NCBI GenBank assembly: GCA_043825735.1
Contig: JBDRRP010000090.1
Location: 58,752-78,751 of the forward strand
Origin: Pseudomonadota bacterium
GTDB lineage: Bacteria > Desulfobacterota > Desulfobacteria > Desulfobacterales > JBDRRP01
Length of the DNA stretch: 20,000 bases
Direction: 5' to 3'
Below are positions 8,254 to 17,624 of the stretch, piece after piece (the first letter of the stretch is position 1; every line of letters starts with the position of its first letter). The notes below the pieces were generated by a model. The model was given only the letters and a program-made list of their open reading frames with translations, was not told the DNA's origin and made no database searches. The position numbers were made by a program, and so were the translations under genes.

Positions 8254-8318
8254 CTTCGCTTTACGCCTATAAAAAGTCAGTATTCCGCTGACCTGAAAGA
8301 CCAAGGAATGCCATACAG

Positions 8319-8358
8319 AAGCCGGGCTGGGGTTTTTTTAGCCCAAGCCCGGCTTTTT
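8319..8358. terminator. Rho-independent terminator between the island and convergent core genes
   Basis: AAGCCGGGCT...AGCCCGGCTT stem followed by a T run on the + strand. Confidence 0.75.
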
Positions 8359-8429
8359 CAACTGAAGCATTGTATCTCGCGACGATTGCAGGTCGCGCTT
8401 TGACTGGTATGGAACTTTTTTGCAGAGGC

Positions 8430-8957
8430 TCAGATATCCTTCATGAAATCGTCCAGCAGGGAATCGACGTAATCAAAATCGATCTCCGACTGTTTTTCAA
8501 AGGCGAGCTCCTGGTTGGCGTTTTTGAGCTTGTTCAGCAGACTCAGGATAATGACCATGAGGATCTTGTTGCCGCCGGCGGGGTTGGCCCTGATAAAGGC
8601 GATGATGGATTTGCGGTGGATGCGCAGGACCGTTGCGACGGTGTCCGCGATGACGCTGGCCGAGCGCTCTTCCCTGAGGAAGATGGCCGACTCGCCGAAG
8701 ACGTCGCCTTTTTCGATTTTGCTCACCACGACCTCTTCATTGTTCAGTTCCTGGACCGAGACATTCACGGTGCCTTCCAGGACGCCGAAAAAGTGTTCGC
8801 TGATGTCGCCCTGGCGGACGATGGCCTCTCCGTTCGAGAAATGAAGAACCTCGGCGGAGGTGAGCAGCGCACGCAACTCGTCATCTTTCAGGTATCGAAA
8901 GGCGTCGATGGTGCGAATTTTTGGCAGATAGGCGGACACTTCGCGATGTTCGGGCAT
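8430..8957 (-). CDS. Stand-alone cyclic nucleotide-binding domain protein (Crp/Fnr-like sensor domain, no HTH)
   Basis: GEAIVRQGD...FFGVLEGTVNV...GDVFGESAIF...ERSASVIA motif; AGGAGG RBS. Confidence 0.9.
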   Translation of the reverse strand: MPEHREVSAYLPKIRTIDAFRYLKDDELRALLTSAEVLHFSNGEAIVRQGDISEHFFGVLEGTVNVSVQELNNEEVVVSKIEKGDVFGESAIFLREERSASVIADTVATVLRIHRKSIIAFIRANPAGGNKILMVIILSLLNKLKNANQELAFEKQSEIDFDYVDSLLDDFMKDI

Positions 8958-9047
8958 GGTTCCTCCTCATTTGTTCGTCACGACGCGCATCTGGCTCTAT
9001 GAATAACCGCATCCGGCAGCTGCTGTCAAGAAATCGCCGCATTGCGG

Positions 9048-10169
9048 TTAGAGGAAAACGGTTTCGCCGTGAGATACCGCCAGCAGGCGGTCGGAGTGTC
9101 CGTTGGCGGTCATTTCCCGCTGTATGTCCATGGGCGGAAAGTGCACCGGTTCATCGCCCAGGCGAAAGGTCCCCCAGTGGGTGATCATCAGCCGGCGTGC
9201 CCCCAGCTCCGTAAACGCACGCACGGTTTCGGCCGGGTTCATGTGGCTGCCGGCCATAAACCAGCGGGGTTCGTAGGCGCCCAGGTTGATGATGGCCAGA
9301 TCGATGTCGAACAGCTGGCCGATCTGCTGGAAACCGTCGAAATAGCCGGTGTCGCCGCTCACGTAGATGGACGCCCCCTGGCGGGTGCGTATCAGATAGG
9401 AGCCCCACAGGGATCTATTCGGGCCGATGAGCGGATTTCTCATGGTCCAGTGGTTGCAGGGAAGGAAGGTGATGTCGCTGCCCTCGACACGCAGGTTGTC
9501 AAACCAGTCCATGGTGTGGCGCCGGCGCATGCCCAACTCGCTGAACTCGGTATCATATCCCAGCGGGCTGATGATTTCGGTATCGGTGCCCAGCCGGGTG
9601 AGAGATGCCAGATCCAGGTGGTCGTAATGGCCGTGGGTGATCAGCACCCGGGTGGGGCGCGGCATTTCATCGAGGTCGCCGGCCAGCGGAGAGAAATCCT
9701 GAATGAAGGGAAAAATCGGACCGAACACCGGGTCTATAAGGAAGGTGTCGGGTCCGTCTTTAATAAGGATGGTGGCGTGTTTCACAAAGGTGACGGAAAG
9801 CCCCTTGTGGGCGCTCAGCCGCGGCCAGTCAGGCTGTACGGTAAGGCTTGGCTCATCTTTGTAGTACCCGGAGAAATGGTTGGGGGAAAAGAGTTTCCAT
9901 CGCATCACCGGCCAGAAACTGCCTTTTTTTTCCCGGGTAAACGGGTTCGAGAAGCGGTTTCCACCATGGTGGGTGCGGCTCAGTGCCAGATCCATCAGGC
10001 TGCGGCCGTTGAGCGGCTGATAGGTGTCGTTGGAAGCGTCTGCGCCGATGGCCGTTTCGGCCATCAGTGGCAGCGCCGAAGGGCCGCCGATCGTCCATGC
10101 GGCAGCAGCGGTCAGGGCGCGCCTGGAAAGTCTCTGAATGAATGTGCGTCGTGTCATTGTCATTATCAA
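9048..10169 (-). CDS. Tat-exported metallo-beta-lactamase-fold hydrolase (NAPE-PLD/RomA-like)
   Basis: TRRTFI twin-arginine signal; LITHGHYDHLD, HWTMR, SLWGSY, GDTGY, GAYEPRWFM..SHMNP.E and HWGTF motifs. Confidence 0.9.
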   Translation of the reverse strand: MIMTMTRRTFIQRLSRRALTAAAAWTIGGPSALPLMAETAIGADASNDTYQPLNGRSLMDLALSRTHHGGNRFSNPFTREKKGSFWPVMRWKLFSPNHFSGYYKDEPSLTVQPDWPRLSAHKGLSVTFVKHATILIKDGPDTFLIDPVFGPIFPFIQDFSPLAGDLDEMPRPTRVLITHGHYDHLDLASLTRLGTDTEIISPLGYDTEFSELGMRRRHTMDWFDNLRVEGSDITFLPCNHWTMRNPLIGPNRSLWGSYLIRTRQGASIYVSGDTGYFDGFQQIGQLFDIDLAIINLGAYEPRWFMAGSHMNPAETVRAFTELGARRLMITHWGTFRLGDEPVHFPPMDIQREMTANGHSDRLLAVSHGETVFL

Positions 10170-10313
10170 TGGGGCTTCGCGCCGTCAGCTCGGCGCACTG
10201 GCACCGTTGCGGAGCGTTTCGGTAATTTTAGCGGTGCGTCGGTTATCATCCTGGCCCGATACGGGGCAATGGGACTGCCCGAGGCAGTGCTCGGAGGCCG
10301 GCAGTACCGGGGC

Positions 10314-11081
10314 TCAGATGCCGGAAGCTTCCATCAGTTCACCGACAAAGCTGCCCACGATCACTTCGCTCTTTAACAAAATGGGTATATGACGGTGGTC
10401 GGCAGTGACCCATATTTGAATTTTGGCGCCGGGACTTTTTTCAAAGACGCCGCCCACGTGTTTGAGATCCGGTTCGATGAGAAAGGTGTCGTAGCTTTTG
10501 CCGCGGACGGTGATCTTTTCGCGCTTAACCACCCTGACCTGGCCGACGACGTTTTTGTTCCCGTCGGTTATGGGGCGCTCGATGATCATTCCCGTCCCAG
10601 TGATGGGCACCGACCGGACGAAGAACAATGCCGACAGCGGATCAAAGGAGCCGGCCATCAGCGGGGAGGTTTTAGCCTCGATGCCTTCCTTTTCCACTTT
10701 GGTGTAGCGAGCCGTATTGGTTTTCCAGTCAAAGGCCACCGTCACGTCCCGCTCGGTGCGCCCTTCGTGCTGCTCCTTTTTATAATACACCGATCTGGTC
10801 ATGCCGGTGTCGGCATAGGCGTCGACGACATCACGCACTTTGTAGAAGGCGTCGATGAACGCGTTGGAGCGCACCGACAATGTGAAGTGCCAGGCCGTCT
10901 GGCCGTCGATAGTGGTCATGGGCCTGACGTTCAACTCGGCCTCACCGGCATCGACGATGGTCCACCTCAGCCGGTAGACCAGGCGCTCGCCAGGTGTGAA
11001 TGCCGGTTGCGCTTCGGTCCGCCCGATATTAGGAAACGCCATGGCGGCGATCACCAGACTCAGGAGCGTCAGCGCCTGCAT
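10314..11081 (-). CDS. DUF3108-like exported beta-rich protein
   Basis: Signal peptide then PGERLVYRLRW...AGEA, FDPLSALFFVR, ITVRGKSYDTF, IWVTAD...IPI; start uncertain (11081 or 11129). Confidence 0.75.
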   Translation of the reverse strand: MQALTLLSLVIAAMAFPNIGRTEAQPAFTPGERLVYRLRWTIVDAGEAELNVRPMTTIDGQTAWHFTLSVRSNAFIDAFYKVRDVVDAYADTGMTRSVYYKKEQHEGRTERDVTVAFDWKTNTARYTKVEKEGIEAKTSPLMAGSFDPLSALFFVRSVPITGTGMIIERPITDGNKNVVGQVRVVKREKITVRGKSYDTFLIEPDLKHVGGVFEKSPGAKIQIWVTADHRHIPILLKSEVIVGSFVGELMEASGI

Positions 11082-11261
11082 GGCGCGCCGTCTGCTGGCT
11101 GGTGGGGCGTTCCGTAGTGATCCGGGCATGCACATCCTTTCAGGGGCGTCAACATCGGCAAACAATGGCGACTGGTCGAGATTTTGTCAACAGGCGGCAT
11201 TTCGGGCGGGCGTCCTCACCATAGAATTACAAACGGCGCCAGCGGTCTCGTCCGGCAGGGC

Positions 11262-12023
11262 TCACCGGTCGTTGGCCCCCTGGGTTTCGGCATCGATGAA
11301 CGGTTTGAGTCTGCGGGCGATGATCAAGCCGATGTCGATGAATTCCGGGCCGTACTGGCGGCCGCTGGCGGTTCGAAATGTGGTGGCGACGGTTTTCACA
11401 TAGCGGATGCCGTTGTCGTAGCGCTCTGCAAAAGCCAGCGGCGTGATGGCGGCTTCATCGAGCATGTCCCAGACCGTATGGGTGAAGTTGTCGGGTCCCC
11501 ACCGGAATTTGTCGGCGTCGTAGAGGCAGTTGCCGATGAGTTCGGTGATGGGATCGGCGGGCACCGGCAGCGGCTGAAACGCCACGTGGCAACGAATGGC
11601 ATCGCAGATGCACTGAATTTCATTGTCCGAAAACGGGTAGTCGGCCAGAAGGATTTCGGCGGCGGCGGCACCGGCAGCGGCGTGGTCCCGCTCGTTGCGG
11701 CAGATGTCATGCAGGAGCCCGGCCGACTGGACGAGGCGCAGCAATGTCGTCGACGTCGCCGATATTGTCAGCGGGGGCGCTTCTATCAGGGCCAGGCAAC
11801 CGGCATCCACGCTGACCGCAGTAGCGTGGCCGATGCCATGGCCCATGGTGCTTGCCACCATGTCCAGAACCTGCAGGTACAGGCGGCGCACCACTGTATC
11901 GGTTTCGAAGAACTGGCGGGAGCGTGCGTACTGGTGCTGGAACACCCGATAGAAGGCCGGTGCCGGCAACCCTGCGGCCAGGCGCCGCGCGGCCGCTCTC
12001 ATGCGCTGGTAAGAAAGGTCCAT
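11262..12023 (-). CDS. HD-domain metal-dependent phosphohydrolase
   Basis: GHGIGHA...AGLLHDI...HA..GA...AIRCH...LYDADK; start set to ATG 12023. Confidence 0.85.
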   Translation of the reverse strand: MDLSYQRMRAAARRLAAGLPAPAFYRVFQHQYARSRQFFETDTVVRRLYLQVLDMVASTMGHGIGHATAVSVDAGCLALIEAPPLTISATSTTLLRLVQSAGLLHDICRNERDHAAAGAAAAEILLADYPFSDNEIQCICDAIRCHVAFQPLPVPADPITELIGNCLYDADKFRWGPDNFTHTVWDMLDEAAITPLAFAERYDNGIRYVKTVATTFRTASGRQYGPEFIDIGLIIARRLKPFIDAETQGANDR

Positions 12024-12116
12024 GGGATGAATGTCGCGCTTATAAAGAAAGGCCGATGCGGATCGTCGTTCTCGCACCGGCCCTTTGGGATTTGAAGATC
12101 GTGTCGGTATCGCTGA

Positions 12117-12620
12117 CTATTCGGCAACGACGGCCGAAAGCGTCAGCGGCTCGCCGCACACTTTCCATTTTCCATCTTCCTTGACGAGGTCAAGCGTGGC
12201 CTCGAGGTGTTCGGGAGTGGTGATGAAAAACATTTTCCCGAACCAACCGAACACCGGATTGATGATGGTGCGTGCCGTTCCCGATATGTGGACGGTCGCC
12301 GATTCATTGGTCATGTCGACCGTCTGGGTTTTGATATGGCTGAAGGATTTTCTCAAACGCGTGACATCATAGCCCCGGGCGGACGCCTCCATCTGTTTGG
12401 CGTATAGATAGTTGTCGACCATATCCACGTCATCTTCAGTGACTCCGGCATTGCACATCTGGTCGGCCATGCTCGGGTCGAGATAGAAATACTTCTGAGT
12501 AAATTCAGTTGCGGCCTTGTACGGGGCGTCTTTCCCATCCCCGGCTGCCAGCACCACCTGGACCATTGCGCCAAAGATAACGATCAATATGAGGGTGGCC
12601 AGCCTGTTGTCCTGTTTCAT
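12117..12620 (-). CDS. Exported/membrane-anchored hypothetical protein (NTF2/DUF4878-like C-terminus)
   Basis: AAGGAGG RBS before ATG 12620 (MKQDNR); N-terminal hydrophobic helix; C-terminal LDLVKEDGKWKV strand motif. Confidence 0.7.
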   Translation of the reverse strand: MKQDNRLATLILIVIFGAMVQVVLAAGDGKDAPYKAATEFTQKYFYLDPSMADQMCNAGVTEDDVDMVDNYLYAKQMEASARGYDVTRLRKSFSHIKTQTVDMTNESATVHISGTARTIINPVFGWFGKMFFITTPEHLEATLDLVKEDGKWKVCGEPLTLSAVVAE

Positions 12621-12867
12621 GCGCGATCCTCCTTGAGTCAATATCTCTTCGATCCGATTGGAAGTGTTTCCGGCTGACGCCAGGGGATAGATTCCGATGC
12701 GCGGCGCCGCATCCTCCGCCGCGATTCGATCGCCCCCGCATATCATGGTTTGATATCGAAAACAAGAGGGGGGAGCACTTGCGCCAATGGGCGTCTTGCG
12801 GGTGCAAGGCGGTCTAAACGATGTGAAAAATGGGATATCCGATTTTCAGCGATGCTCATGAAAATTA

Positions 12868-12986
12868 GGGCATTGACAAGAATCCGTAAATGAAGCTAAT
12901 TCTATGAATTCCGGTCAGTTTCGTATGGTATTTGTGCGGAGGGGCGCCAAATGGGCATTGACATTTTAACGCTTCCTGACTAATTG
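12868..12986 (+). promoter_or_regulatory. Tandem sigma70-type promoters for rrf2-hmc
   Basis: GGGCATTGACA at 12868-12878 and 12953-12963; second gives TTGACA-N17-TAATTG, first TTGACA-N18-TAATTC. Confidence 0.65.
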
Positions 12987-13019
12987 GGTCAGGAATTTCT
13001 TGACCCAAATAGTCAAGAA
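12973..13019. promoter_or_regulatory. Double Rrf2-type palindromic operator
   Basis: TTCCTGAC-N7-GTCAGGAA (12973-12995) and TTCTTGAC-N7-GTCAAGAA (12997-13019), similar to IscR type-1 YYGAC-N7-GTCRR; immediately upstream of the Rrf2 gene. Confidence 0.8.
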
Positions 13020-13029
13020 AGGCCCTTCC

Positions 13030-13458
13030 ATGCTGGTAACACAAAAAAACCAATACGCGCTTCGAGCCATTTTTGAATTGGCCAAGCACCGGGGTAAGGG
13101 ATTGAGGAAGATTTCCGACATCGCCCAGGCCCAGCATATTCCATTGCGCTTTCTGGAAGTTATTCTCAGCCAGCTCAAGCGGTCCGGGCTTGTGGAAAGC
13201 AAACGCGGCTACACGGGTGGCTATGAGCTCTTGTTGCCACCGGAGCAGATCACTGTGGGGGCAGTGTTCCGCTTTGGTGGTAAGGACACTGTTCCGGTCG
13301 ATTGCATCGCCTGCATTTCCAGGAGCAAATGCCCGAGCCGCACCAAACGCGCCTGTGCTTTTATGCCCATGTGGAAAAAGGTTCAGGATTCCATTTTTGA
13401 TATCTATGATACCACAACCATCGCCGATCTCTTGGCACAAGAGAAGGAGAACGCCTGA
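13030..13458 (+). CDS. rrf2: Rrf2 family transcriptional regulator with Cys cluster
   Basis: YALRAIFELA, IAQAQHIPLRFLEVILSQLKRSGLVESKRGYTGGYEL, C-x2-C-x5-C-x7-C, TTIADL; start ATG 13030. Confidence 0.95.
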   Translation: MLVTQKNQYALRAIFELAKHRGKGLRKISDIAQAQHIPLRFLEVILSQLKRSGLVESKRGYTGGYELLLPPEQITVGAVFRFGGKDTVPVDCIACISRSKCPSRTKRACAFMPMWKKVQDSIFDIYDTTTIADLLAQEKENA

Positions 13459-13516
13459 GACGAGCCAGGTGATTGAACGCATATCTGAAACGGGTGACTG
13501 AGATGAAGGACAAGAG

Positions 13517-15097
13517 ATGATGAAGGGGACTTCGCGGTTACGAATCAGGACATTGTTGCTGGTGGCGGTCGCCGGGGTGCTGCTGTATGCCGGAGCGCAG
13601 GGAATCGCGGCCATTTCGGACAACGCCGCGCCGCCAAGACCGGACACGATTCGCATCGAATCGATGGCGGTATTTGGTAAGCTCGAGCGGCCCGCCGTTG
13701 TGTTCTTTCACGACAAGCACTCCGAAGCTGCCAAGAAAATGGGCAAAGACTGCGCCGCCTGCCACATGACGGCGGACGAAAAGGGAGCCAAACTCTCTCT
13801 CAAGTACATGCGTCTGGAGGACACCGGCCGCGATGCGGTCATGAACGCCTACCACGACAACTGTATCGCCTGTCACAAGGAGGCCTCGGCCAAAAAGCTG
13901 GAGGCCGGGCCCGTGGCGTGCAATGACTGCCACGATGACAAGCGCGCGGGTACCTCGTCCCGCAGGCCGGTGGGGCTGGATCTTTCCCTGCACTATCGCC
14001 ACGACAAGGCCATGGCCAATAAATGCGAAACCTGCCATCACGCCTACAACGAAACAACCGAGAAGCTTTACTACGACAAGGGCAAGGAAGGCTCGTGCCG
14101 GTACTGCCACGGCGAGACAAGCGTCAAAAAACGCATCTCCTTCCGGCTTGCCGCCCATACCGATTGCATCAGCTGCCACCGGCAGAAAGCGGCCGAGAAA
14201 AAAGTGGCCGGGCCGGTGGAATGCAAGGGCTGCCACGGCGCCGAGGAACAGGCCCTGTGGGAGAAAGTGAAAGACCCTGCGCCGCCCAAGCGCGGGCAGC
14301 CCGAGGCCACCATTGTGATGGCGGGCAAGGGCGCCCGCATGGGGCTGGTTCCCTTCAACCACAGCGCCCATCAGCGCGCCAGCGACACCTGCCGGGTATG
14401 TCATCACAAGGAAATCGTTGCCTGCAACGAGTGCCACAGTGTGGACGGCAAAAAGGAAGGCCAGTTCATCACGTTGGAAAAGGCCATGCATGAGGTGACC
14501 CAGGACGCCAGTTGTATGGGGTGCCATGATCGGAAAAAAACGCAGAGCCTCCAGTGTGTCGGCTGCCACGGCGCGATGGAAAAGCGCAAGATCAGTCAGG
14601 ATGCCTGCTTGAGCTGCCACGACATCCCGCCGGGCATCGTCGCCGAGGACGCCGGAAAGAATGAACGCACCGCCATTGCCGTGATCGCATTGATGACACG
14701 GCCCCCTGCGGCGGACGCTATTGCCGCGAAAGACATCCCCGAAGTGGTGGAAATAGCCACCCTTGCGGATAAATATGAACCGGCCAAGATGCCGCACCGG
14801 CGCGTCGTCGACAAGATGAGGGCCGGAATCGGCGACAACCGGCTCGCCGCTTATTTCCATCAAACGCCCGGGACCATTTGCCAGGGCTGCCATCACAACA
14901 GCCCGGCTGCCGTGAAACCGCCCAAATGCGCCAGCTGCCACAGCCGCGGCAAAGGCCTTGAGGTGAGCGATATCGAAAAGCCCGGGCTCATGGGGGCCTA
15001 CCACCAGCAGTGCATGGGCTGCCACGATGCCATGGGTATAGAAAAGCCGTCAAAGAACGACTGCATCGGTTGCCATCTCGAGCGCAAGCAGTGGTAA
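13517..15097 (+). CDS. hmcA: High-molecular-weight 16-heme cytochrome c
   Basis: Sec signal and exactly 16 CxxCH motifs in cytochrome c3-like domains; first structural gene of an hmc-type operon. Confidence 0.95.
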   Translation: MMKGTSRLRIRTLLLVAVAGVLLYAGAQGIAAISDNAAPPRPDTIRIESMAVFGKLERPAVVFFHDKHSEAAKKMGKDCAACHMTADEKGAKLSLKYMRLEDTGRDAVMNAYHDNCIACHKEASAKKLEAGPVACNDCHDDKRAGTSSRRPVGLDLSLHYRHDKAMANKCETCHHAYNETTEKLYYDKGKEGSCRYCHGETSVKKRISFRLAAHTDCISCHRQKAAEKKVAGPVECKGCHGAEEQALWEKVKDPAPPKRGQPEATIVMAGKGARMGLVPFNHSAHQRASDTCRVCHHKEIVACNECHSVDGKKEGQFITLEKAMHEVTQDASCMGCHDRKKTQSLQCVGCHGAMEKRKISQDACLSCHDIPPGIVAEDAGKNERTAIAVIALMTRPPAADAIAAKDIPEVVEIATLADKYEPAKMPHRRVVDKMRAGIGDNRLAAYFHQTPGTICQGCHHNSPAAVKPPKCASCHSRGKGLEVSDIEKPGLMGAYHQQCMGCHDAMGIEKPSKNDCIGCHLERKQW

Positions 15098-15126
15098 CCG
15101 TGATAACCATTGAAGAGGTGCACTAA

Positions 15127-16248
15127 ATGGCCATTTCGAGAAGAACCTTTTTAGGATGGATGGGGGCTGCCAGTGTTGCCACAACCGTTGGCAACCGGGC
15201 CCAGGCGGCTGGAAATCATCACTTCGAGGGATACCCCGACAGTTACGGGGTGCTCCATGACGACACGCTGTGCATCGGCTGCCGGACTTGCGAGGCGGCC
15301 TGCAACAAGGTCAACGAACTGCCGGTTCCGCACACGCCGTTCACTGATCTCAAGGTGCTGGAGGCGCGCCGCCGCACCGATGACAAGGCCTATACCGTCG
15401 TCAACAAGTATGCACCGGATGGCGCGCAAGGGCGTCCGGTTTTTCGCAAGAACCAGTGCAACCACTGCCTTGAGCCGGCCTGCGCTTCGGCATGTTTCGT
15501 GGAGGCATTCACAAAAACGCCCACCGGCGCGGTGGTTTACGATGCCTCGGTGTGTGTGGGGTGCCGCTACTGCATGATTGCCTGCCCCTTTGAGATTCCC
15601 GCTTACGAATACGACAATGCCTTCACCCCGGTGATTCGAAAGTGCACCATGTGCCATCCACGGGTCGTCGACGGCAAACTGCCCGGTTGCGTGGAATCGT
15701 GCCCGACACAAGCCCTGACTTTCGGCCGGCGCGAAGACCTTCTGAAGGTGGCCAGGGAGCGCATCCGCAAGTTTCCCGAACGCTACATCGACCACATCTA
15801 CGGTGAGAAGGAGATGGGCGGCACCAGTTGGCTGTACATCTCCGGAGCCTCTTTCAGCGACGTGGGGCTGCGCGAAGACCTGGGCGTCACACCGGCGCCC
15901 TCACTCACCAAGGGCGCCCTGGGCGCGGTTCCCATGGTGGTGGGCCTGTGGCCGGTGCTGCTGACCGGGATCTATGCCATGACCAAGCGCAAGGAGAAGG
16001 TCGCTGCCGCGCAAGCGCAGGACGCGGTTGCCGCGGCGATCGCCACCGCTAACGATGCGGCCGCCAAGAAGCTGGCCGAGGCGTTGACCAAGGCTGAAAA
16101 AGATAAACAAGCGGCCATCGACCGGGAGGTCAAAAAGGCGCTGGAGGAAGCCGCGAAGGCGCGGGAAGCGGCCGAGAAAGCCCGCGAAGAAGCCACCGAG
16201 CCGGCAGGAGCCGATGACGCTGCGGCGCAAGATGAGGAGGACGCCTGA
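15127..16248 (+). CDS. hmcB: Hmc complex periplasmic 4Fe-4S protein
   Basis: SRRTFL Tat signal; [47 protein letters not shown]-terminal TM helix and Ala/Lys/Glu tail. Confidence 0.93.
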   Translation: MAISRRTFLGWMGAASVATTVGNRAQAAGNHHFEGYPDSYGVLHDDTLCIGCRTCEAACNKVNELPVPHTPFTDLKVLEARRRTDDKAYTVVNKYAPDGAQGRPVFRKNQCNHCLEPACASACFVEAFTKTPTGAVVYDASVCVGCRYCMIACPFEIPAYEYDNAFTPVIRKCTMCHPRVVDGKLPGCVESCPTQALTFGRREDLLKVARERIRKFPERYIDHIYGEKEMGGTSWLYISGASFSDVGLREDLGVTPAPSLTKGALGAVPMVVGLWPVLLTGIYAMTKRKEKVAAAQAQDAVAAAIATANDAAAKKLAEALTKAEKDKQAAIDREVKKALEEAAKAREAAEKAREEATEPAGADDAAAQDEEDA

Positions 16249-17426
16249 TGTCTGAGATTACTGCCACCGAAAACCGAAATTACCTGACACCGTTCAATAT
16301 TATCGCGGGCCTCATTGTCGCCATCGGTCTTGCGGTCACCGCGCTGAGATTCCTCAAGGGGCTGGGAGCCGTCACCAACCTGTCGAACTACCAGCCCTGG
16401 GGCATATGGATCGGCTTCGACCTGCTGTGCGGTGTCGCCTTGGCCGCCGGCGGTTACGTCACCTCGGCCGCCTGCTACATCTTCGGCATGCGCCATTATC
16501 ACTCTGCCGTTCGACCCGCCATTCTGACAGGTTTTCTGGGCTACTCGCTGGTCTTTCTAGCCCTGCTTTACGATGTGGGCCGCCCGGTGCGACTGGCCCT
16601 GGCTTATCCCTTTTTGGTGCAGCAGGGGACGTCGTCGCTGCTATTCGAAGTGGGCCTGTGCGTGGCGATCTACCTGACGGTGCTCTTTCTCGAGTTCAGT
16701 CCGGCGGCCCTGGAATGGCTGGGGCTTCGGCTGCTTCGAAATCTGTTGGTGCGGATCACCATGGTGCTGACGATATTCGGCGTGGTGCTGAGCACCCTGC
16801 ACCAGTCGTCTCTCGGGGCCCTGTTTCTCATCGCCCCGAGCAAACTGCACCCGCTGTGGTACTCGTCGAATATTCCCATCTACTTTTTCGTTTCCAGCAT
16901 CATCGCCGGCCTGTCCATGGTGCTCTTTGAAGGCAGTCTCGCCCACAAGTACTTCCACCACAAAATGGACGAAACCCATTTGAAGGAAAACGACGAACTG
17001 GTGCTCGGATTCGGCAAAGCGGCCGCGCTGGTGCTGGCCGGCTATTTTACGATCAAGGTGATCGGCATCGCCGCCGACGACAACTGGCACTACCTGGCCA
17101 CCGGCTGGGGCGCCTGGTATCTGGTGGAACTGCTGGGATTCGTTGCCCTGCCCTGTTTTCTCTTTGCCGTCGGGGTCCGCGACCGCAATCGGAAACTGAT
17201 TCAAAGAACCGCGGCGCTGAGCGTGCTGGGCGTGGTCCTCAACCGGCTCAATATATCGGTGATCGCGTTCAACTATCACCTGCCGGCAGCGGACCGATAC
17301 GTGCCGCATCTTTTTGAGATCTGCATTTCGGTGTTCATCGTCACCGTCGGCGTGTTGGCCTATCGGTTCATTGTTACCCACATGCCGATTCTTTACGAGC
17401 ACCCCGATTACAAAGACGAGCATTAA
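16248..17426 (+). CDS. hmcC: Hmc complex integral membrane subunit (NrfD/HybB family)
   Basis: PWGIWIGFDLLCGVALAAGGY, DVGRP, LSTLHQSSLG, KLHPLWY; polytopic; TGATG overlap with hmcB. Confidence 0.93.
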   Translation: MSEITATENRNYLTPFNIIAGLIVAIGLAVTALRFLKGLGAVTNLSNYQPWGIWIGFDLLCGVALAAGGYVTSAACYIFGMRHYHSAVRPAILTGFLGYSLVFLALLYDVGRPVRLALAYPFLVQQGTSSLLFEVGLCVAIYLTVLFLEFSPAALEWLGLRLLRNLLVRITMVLTIFGVVLSTLHQSSLGALFLIAPSKLHPLWYSSNIPIYFFVSSIIAGLSMVLFEGSLAHKYFHHKMDETHLKENDELVLGFGKAAALVLAGYFTIKVIGIAADDNWHYLATGWGAWYLVELLGFVALPCFLFAVGVRDRNRKLIQRTAALSVLGVVLNRLNISVIAFNYHLPAADRYVPHLFEICISVFIVTVGVLAYRFIVTHMPILYEHPDYKDEH

Positions 17427-17444
17427 ACAGGAGGATCGCCTCTC

Positions 17445-17576
17445 ATGGAACAGAGCTTTTTCACACTCCAGGATTTCATGGTCCACACCAAGGCCGTCAT
17501 CTATGTGCTGATGGGCGTGTCACTGGTCGGGATCGTCGGCTTCTGGTTTTTCCTGACGGGAAAAGAAGGCAAATAA
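17445..17576 (+). CDS. hmcD: Hmc complex small membrane subunit (43 aa, absent from ORF track)
   Basis: AGGAGG RBS; MEQSFFTLQDFMVHTKAVIYVLMGVSLVGIVGFWFFLTGKEGK, single TM helix, located between hmcC and hmcE. Confidence 0.88.
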   Translation: MEQSFFTLQDFMVHTKAVIYVLMGVSLVGIVGFWFFLTGKEGK

Positions 17577-17624
17577 CACCGTTCGGCGGCGGACCAACGC
17601 CCCGTCAACGCTAAGGAGTCTACC

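Noticed and set aside
8370..12095. Long + strand ORFs (8370-9002, 9042-10376, 10389-11117, 11184-12095)
   Set aside because: All are antisense to well-supported minus-strand genes and lack recognisable domains
12973..13019. Double palindrome as a mini-CRISPR or terminator
   Set aside because: No spacer and no U-tract; position over a promoter before an Rrf2 gene is better explained as an operator
12865..13656. 263-aa minus-strand ORF across rrf2 and its promoter
   Set aside because: Overlaps rrf2, the hmcA start and operator sites; no coding signature
13538..15025. 495-aa antisense ORF over hmcA
   Set aside because: Shadow ORF from GC-rich codon bias; the + strand has 16 CxxCH motifs
16000..16245. 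Ala/Lys/Glu-rich low-complexity tail of HmcB as a novel domain
   Set aside because: A charged cytoplasmic tail after the TM helix is, to my knowledge, a normal HmcB feature
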